A stretch of 64,000 nt of DNA from the human T2T-CHM13v2.0 reference genome, Homo sapiens. Made by a program: the position numbers and the translations under genes. Below are positions 55,640 to 64,000 of the stretch, one piece after another. Numbering within the stretch: position 1 is the stretch's first letter; each line of letters opens with the position of its first letter. The notes beneath the pieces are model-generated. The model searched no databases. It saw only the letters and a program-made list of their open reading frames with translations, and was not told the origin of the DNA. The stretch lies in NCBI RefSeq assembly GCF_009914755.1, contig NC_060931.1; one strand, 5' to 3'.

Positions 55640-55709
55640 TATGACATGTTGGGCATCTTTTCCCTTTATATGAAAATCTACTGAGTGTCATATCAAAGTC
55701 CGTTATTAT
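55640..55709 (-). CDS. NT5C3A: NT5C3A coding exon (70 bp; catalytic HAD motif I DFDMT)
   Basis: ttacag|ATAATAACG...CATA|gtaag; [23 protein letters not shown]. Confidence 0.95.
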
Positions 55710-55969
55710 CTGTAAGAAAAGAGTGAAATGCATTATTGTAAACATAGCCCACATGGCCAGAATTTCTCTGTGCTACCCAAACACATACTTCATGCTTTCC
55801 TAGATGCATAGGACTGTGCTCAAGTCTCTGGTCCACACTGTTAACTTATTCTCTTTACATTGAATTTTCTCATGCGGTTCCTTTATAAAGTCCTGGGAAT
55901 AATCTTAACTACAAGGTGCTACCTTGAGTGCCCTAGTGTTTTCACCAAATAAATCTGATTCGTAATTCA

Positions 55970-56765
<796 letters not shown>

Positions 56766-57489
56766 AATTTGAAAAAATCTGATTAATTGGTATGGGAATT
56801 TGCAATTGCAGGTGATATGGCTACTCTTCTCACTAGAGATTTTCGACCAACTTGGTCAATGCACAAAAATGCAGTGGAAGCAATTCAACTATATGAAGCT
56901 CTTAGTTACTGATACCATTACATGCTGGATTTAACTTGCTTATTTAAACTATACCAATGAATGAATGCACATTGAAATAGCTGGCCAGCTCTTGAAACTT
57001 AGGAGACTGGGTTAAATATTATTTTTCAGAAATGTTTTAAAAAAGGAATAATTTTTTTTTTTACAGAATATCCAGATTGTTGATTTAATTTACATGTAAC
57101 ACATTCCTTTAAAACAGAGACAACTTTTTAAAAACTCAATTATCCCCTTAATAAGGTTGTATCTTAATCTGAACTACTATGATTAAAACATGAAAGAGCA
57201 GCATAAAACTATACACTTTTAAATATTATCCTTAAAATGGTTTAATGCTTGTACACAGCATGAGTTAGCTTAGTACTTAAGACTAATAAAAACTTAAGAG
57301 TATTTCAGGATTATTAACTTTTGTTTTTCCAATAGGGTATTCTGTCTGTTTTAGAACAACTCAAGATATATATTTTCTGGATTTTATATTCCTAAAGGAT
57401 AGGCAAAAACTGTCTACCTAAACTTGCTGTACTCAGATTTTATCAAACAGGAGATGAATGAGTCGGCTTTAACATTAAAAATAAAATAA

Positions 57490-58507
<1,018 letters not shown>

Positions 58508-58669
58508 CTAAAAGTAAAAGAAAATTAATTAATTAGTTTTCATTCTTCTTTCCCCAGGTTCCTTTGATACCAAGCAGAAACCTGTCTTATTTAAAGACAT
58601 AAAAATATTAAGGCATTATTTTTAAAAAGCAAGCCACCACATCAAATTACCGTTTATTTATTTTGTTAT

Positions 58670-58960
58670 TACTTTTTTAGAGATGAGGTCTTGTTTTGTC
58701 ACCCCGGCTGGAGTGCAGTGGCACAATCCTAGCTCACCGTAGCCTCAAACTCCTGGGCTCAAATGATCCTCCCATCTCAGCCTCCTGAGTAGGTAGAAGG
58801 CATGCGCCATCATACCCAGCTAATTTTTAAAATTTTCTGTAGAAGTGAGTGAGGTCTTGCTTTGTTGCTCAGGCTGATCTTGAACTCCTGGCCTCAAGCA
58901 ATCCTCCCATCTTGGCCTTCCAAAGTCCTGGGATTAAAAGTGTGGGACACCAAGCCCAGC
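58670..58960 (-). mobile_element. AluJ
   Basis: Alu consensus. Confidence 0.85.
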
Positions 58961-60367
58961 TCCCACATTACCATTTATACACACAAAAATACTTAAAACT
59001 TATCAGTATTTTCCAGCTACAGAGTAAGATAAAACTACATTTGTGATTCAATTGCTTTATCAGAAAGTATATATCTTTTTCTAAGTATAAAAGCAATGCA
59101 CGCTTACCAAAGAAATAACAGTAAAAATATAAAAAAGACAATAAAAACTGCCTGGAGTTCAACTACGTGAAGATAAACAAGTAACATTTAAATTTATTTT
59201 CTATTAGTTTCATTTCTGTGATTTTCTATTAGTTTCATTTCTGGGTTGTGATGCAATCCAGAGAGAGCCCAGAAATCATATTTTAACCATGAATACCCCA
59301 GCAGCTACCCCTCGATTGATTAATTTTTCTAAAAATCTTAAGATGACTCCCGTTAAGCCTCCATTTTATATAATACAGTAACTAAACTTCCACCCTAATA
59401 CTAATATAATACCTTCAGCATATCCCTCTGAAACATGCATATATACGCATATAGTTTTAGCTCATCCTCATTATATACTTTTGCATCTGGCTTTTATGAA
59501 TTAATACATACATTTAGCTTGCCTACATATTTATATTTTAAAATGTTCCTGAGCAGAAAGGAAGCAATTATCACAATTATTCCCCCAAAAGTTTGTCTTT
59601 GTATAATTAAAATACATTTAAAATATTTTAAATTTGAAAAGCTGCTTCAAGATCTTTGCTCTTTTTATTGTACTATTTTCCAAATAATATACTGTTCTTG
59701 GCACACATTTTACAATAGATTTATTTCAAATGGAGATAACTGCCAAAAAGTATTGTGCCAGGCACAGTGGCACATGCCTGTAATCCCAGCTACTTGGAAG
59801 CTGACGATCACTGGAGCCCAGGAGTTTGAGACCAGCCTGGGCAACATAGCAAGACCCATCTAAAAAAATGGGTGTAGGCTGCTACTACAGAGTTATGAAG
59901 ACTTTAGGGTTGCTCAACAATTTAATCTTAAGTATTATTTCTTGTTACTAGCTATTTTATCACAAATAGAATGAAACTGATTAGAGGAAAAATCAGTACA
60001 AGCTCTCATAGCACATGTACAATACAACTAGAAGGAGAAAATTATGCCTCATTTTATAGTCAGTTATACAGCATAGGCAATAATAGTACCTCAAATCCAA
60101 GTTCTATACTGGTTTGTACTGGATAATCTTTATTTATATGTTTTTATTCTGGGTATGTTATTAGTAATATTAACATAGTTCATGTGTGTCATGGACATGG
60201 TTACAAAAATTCCCTGGACCTTCTATCTTTGCTACAAGAGAATCTCACCACGTAAATCTATCAGATGCCGTGTTGTTCCTACATAATGGGCAAGAGTAGA
60301 AAAATCAGAAAAAGGATGGACTGTCTTCCAAAGACTGGAAGATGATAACGAAAGCGTAGAGGAAAGA

Positions 60368-60598
60368 GGCCGGGCACAGTGGCTCACGCCTGTAATCCCA
60401 GCACTTCAGGAGGTCGAGGTGGGCAGATCACGAGGTCAGGAGATCGAGACCATCCTGGCTAACATGGTGAAACACTGTCTCTACTAAAAACATAAAAAAT
60501 TAGCTGGGCGTGGTGGCGGGTGCCTGTAGTCCCAGCTAGTTGGGAGGCTGAGGCAGGAGAATGGCGTAAACCCGGGAGGCAGAGCTTGAAAAAAAAAA
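60368..60598 (+). mobile_element. 3'-shortened AluY with A tail and TSD
   Basis: Ends ...ggcagagcttg(A)n; TSD gaaagcgtagaggaaaga / gaaagtgtagagaaaaga. Confidence 0.85.
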
Positions 60599-61223
60599 GA
60601 AAGTGTAGAGAAAAGACAAATGCTAACATTAAAATTTTCTCCATGGATGAAAGATCTACCACCTACAATATATTTAATTTTAAAAAGCCATATTTAAGTA
60701 GGATGACCTGCAATGCAACTAACCTTGATGTAGTAATCCTTTTAACTCAACTGGATGAGTTTCAATGGCTTAAAGGTTATCTATGTATTTTATAGTGATT
60801 TTTCAATAGATGGAAAGGCAGATAGGCACTGGTTCCTATTTTTTTTTTTTCATACATTAACCCATTCACTCGCCTAACCAATATTTACCATGTGTCTACT
60901 TTGTGCCACACACTCTTGCTAAATGCTAGGGATATGATGATGAGTAGTATTTACTCTGCTTTTCTGCTGAGTTTTAGGGACCACTGCTGTTTTGGAATAT
61001 CACTTCTGTAACTCCCTTACAAATACCTCAGCTAGTAAGTTTATCTCTTGACAACTAATTTCTGTTCTTACCTCAGCCTTAACTGGCAGATGCACAGCAA
61101 TCAGCATATGTTTGATTCAATAACCAATCCATTATGGTGAAAGCAACACAGGATATATATCATAGACTATTTTTTCACCAAAAAAATTAAATATTTGATT
61201 TCAGTGTACCCAAGATGTCTTAC

Positions 61224-61304
61224 CTCAGGCAAATCACAGCTTCAAGTTTTTGATAACGGATAGGAGAATCACACCAAGACCACTTCGAAGAAGGCTGGTT
61301 TCTG
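61224..61304 (-). other. NT5C3A: Probable NT5C3A alternative exon (78/81 bp) carrying an in-frame stop; candidate for the reticulocyte 'exon R'
   Basis: minus strand gtgtAG|cAG|aaa tandem acceptor, strong donor GAG|gtaaga, in-frame TGA at 61271-61269. Confidence 0.55.
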
Positions 61305-62412
61305 CTACACTAACAAATGTAAGATTGGTTTATTTTATTTTTATAGAGATAAGGTCTTGCTGTGTTTCCCAGGCTGGTCTCAAACTCCTGGGCTCAAGTG
61401 ATCTCCCCGCTTCAGCCTCCCAAAGTGCTGGGATTACAGGTGTAAGCCACCATGCCCAGCCAATACTGGTTTACTTTAAATCACAATGGATGAAAGAGAA
61501 CCAGTAGCTAAAGGCATTGGTGGCTCCTGTGCAACATACAACCATTCATTTTCATTGTGTATTCATAAGTAGTGAATACACAAATGGCACGGGAGTAAAA
61601 TAATGATGAAATAGGTATAAGAAATATAAAAATGACCATTCTATCTGTCTTGGGTTATATAGTATACTATACTCCTCTCCTGCAATACACAATTAATGTC
61701 ACTGATCTATATGAGAAATACTTCACAAGAACTTGAGATATGGGGTATTTTACTCAAATACTTTACAATATAGCCTAAGAAAGAGAATCAAAGACTCCTG
61801 TATGGAATATGTCAAAGAGTATCATAATATAAGCACACTGTAGAAGTATGATGAAATACATCACATACTTTTTGTTGTGGTGGTTGTTGTTGAACATGCC
61901 CCAACTGTTGCATGAGATCACATACTTTTGTTACCTCCACAAAGTCCTTCTGTCTATATCCCTCTTATAAAAACACAGACTTGGTTTGGTGGCATATAAA
62001 TAATGATACTTCAAATTTGAAGGGCAAGGTATTTTGAATTGTCTGAAAAATTTTCAATTTGATTATGATAAAATTTTATGAAAAATAAATAAGAAGCTAA
62101 AAATTTCCATCATTTGTGATAAAAAGAGAACAAATTCATTTTATGGTAAAGCCGCAGTGTAAAATGTTGGGGAGGGAGCAATGCCTTCCTGAAAAGAATC
62201 AGGGTATGTTGGTTGATTGATGCCAATCTGAATCAACACCAAAAATGATTAAGAAAGACCTAAAATTCACTTATTTTGACCAATACTTAATATATTTATA
62301 GAGATGAAATGGATTTCAAAGTTATGCCATTTTATCCACAACTCAATTGTTTAATATTAGATTTGATATGATCTTGTGGATACACTGGGATAAGATAAAA
62401 ATGTGAAGCTCT

Positions 62413-62718
62413 GGCCAGGCGTGGTGGCTCAGGCCTGTAATCCCAGCACTTTGGGAGGCTGAGGCGGGCGGATCACGAGGTCAGGAGATCGAGACCATCC
62501 TGGCTAACACGGTGAAACCTTGTCTCTACTAAAAATACAAAAAATTAGCCAGGCGAGGTGGCGGGCGCCTGTAGGCCCAGCTACTCTAGAGGCTGAGGCA
62601 GGAGAATGGCATGAACCCCGGGGGGCGGAGCCTGCAGTGAGCCGAGATCGCGCCACTGCACTCCAGCCTGGGCGACAGCGAGACTCTGCCTCAAAAAAAA
62701 ACAAAAAAAAAAAAAAAA
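62413..62718 (+). mobile_element. AluY, Ye5-like
   Basis: gaaccccggggggcggagcctgcag and ggcgacagcgagac diagnostic changes (recalled). Confidence 0.75.
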
Positions 62719-62901
62719 GAGAGAAGCTCCATAGTACAGTTACCAAATTTCTGGGTGTGGCTTGGTATCATCAATCCAATGATAATATTCCAGACTAGGG
62801 ATAATCCTAATTTCCAGGATGAGATTATGACAACTTCAAAGTTTAATTCTGTTTGAACTAGATTTCAAATTATATTAAATTTTGATTAAAAAAGAAAACA
62901 C

Positions 62902-64000
<1,099 letters not shown>

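Overview
Human (primate) genomic DNA, very rich in Alu, L1, L2, MIR and DNA-transposon relics, with two convergent protein-coding genes. FKBP9 (+ strand, ER peptidyl-prolyl isomerase with 4 FKBP domains, 2 EF-hands and C-terminal HDEL) is present as coding exons 2-10 at 6227-36958, with its 3'UTR running to about 38510. Exon 1 lies upstream of the window. NT5C3A (- strand, cytosolic pyrimidine 5'-nucleotidase, HAD family) is present as eight coding exons at 58507-46336, which alone form a 285-aa ORF, plus a probable stop-containing alternative exon at 61224-61304. The arrangement matches my recollection of chr7p14.3. Almost all other ORFs in the track are Alu or L1 artefacts. I see no clearly new gene system. 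The best leads are: (i) a ~190-bp local duplication in NT5C3A that copies an exon end with its 5' splice site and may create a poison exon; (ii) a long open frame in the FKBP9 3'UTR reachable in frame through a cryptic acceptor, giving an alternative C-terminus without HDEL; (iii) the 336-nt periodic FKBP9 exon architecture, which makes back-spliced circles stop-free; (iv) an 11-copy GAGGAAA/CCACCC minisatellite; (v) a human-specific AluYb8; (vi) several template-switch or micro-insertion scars. Repeat boundaries are approximate, and subfamily calls come from recalled consensus sequences.
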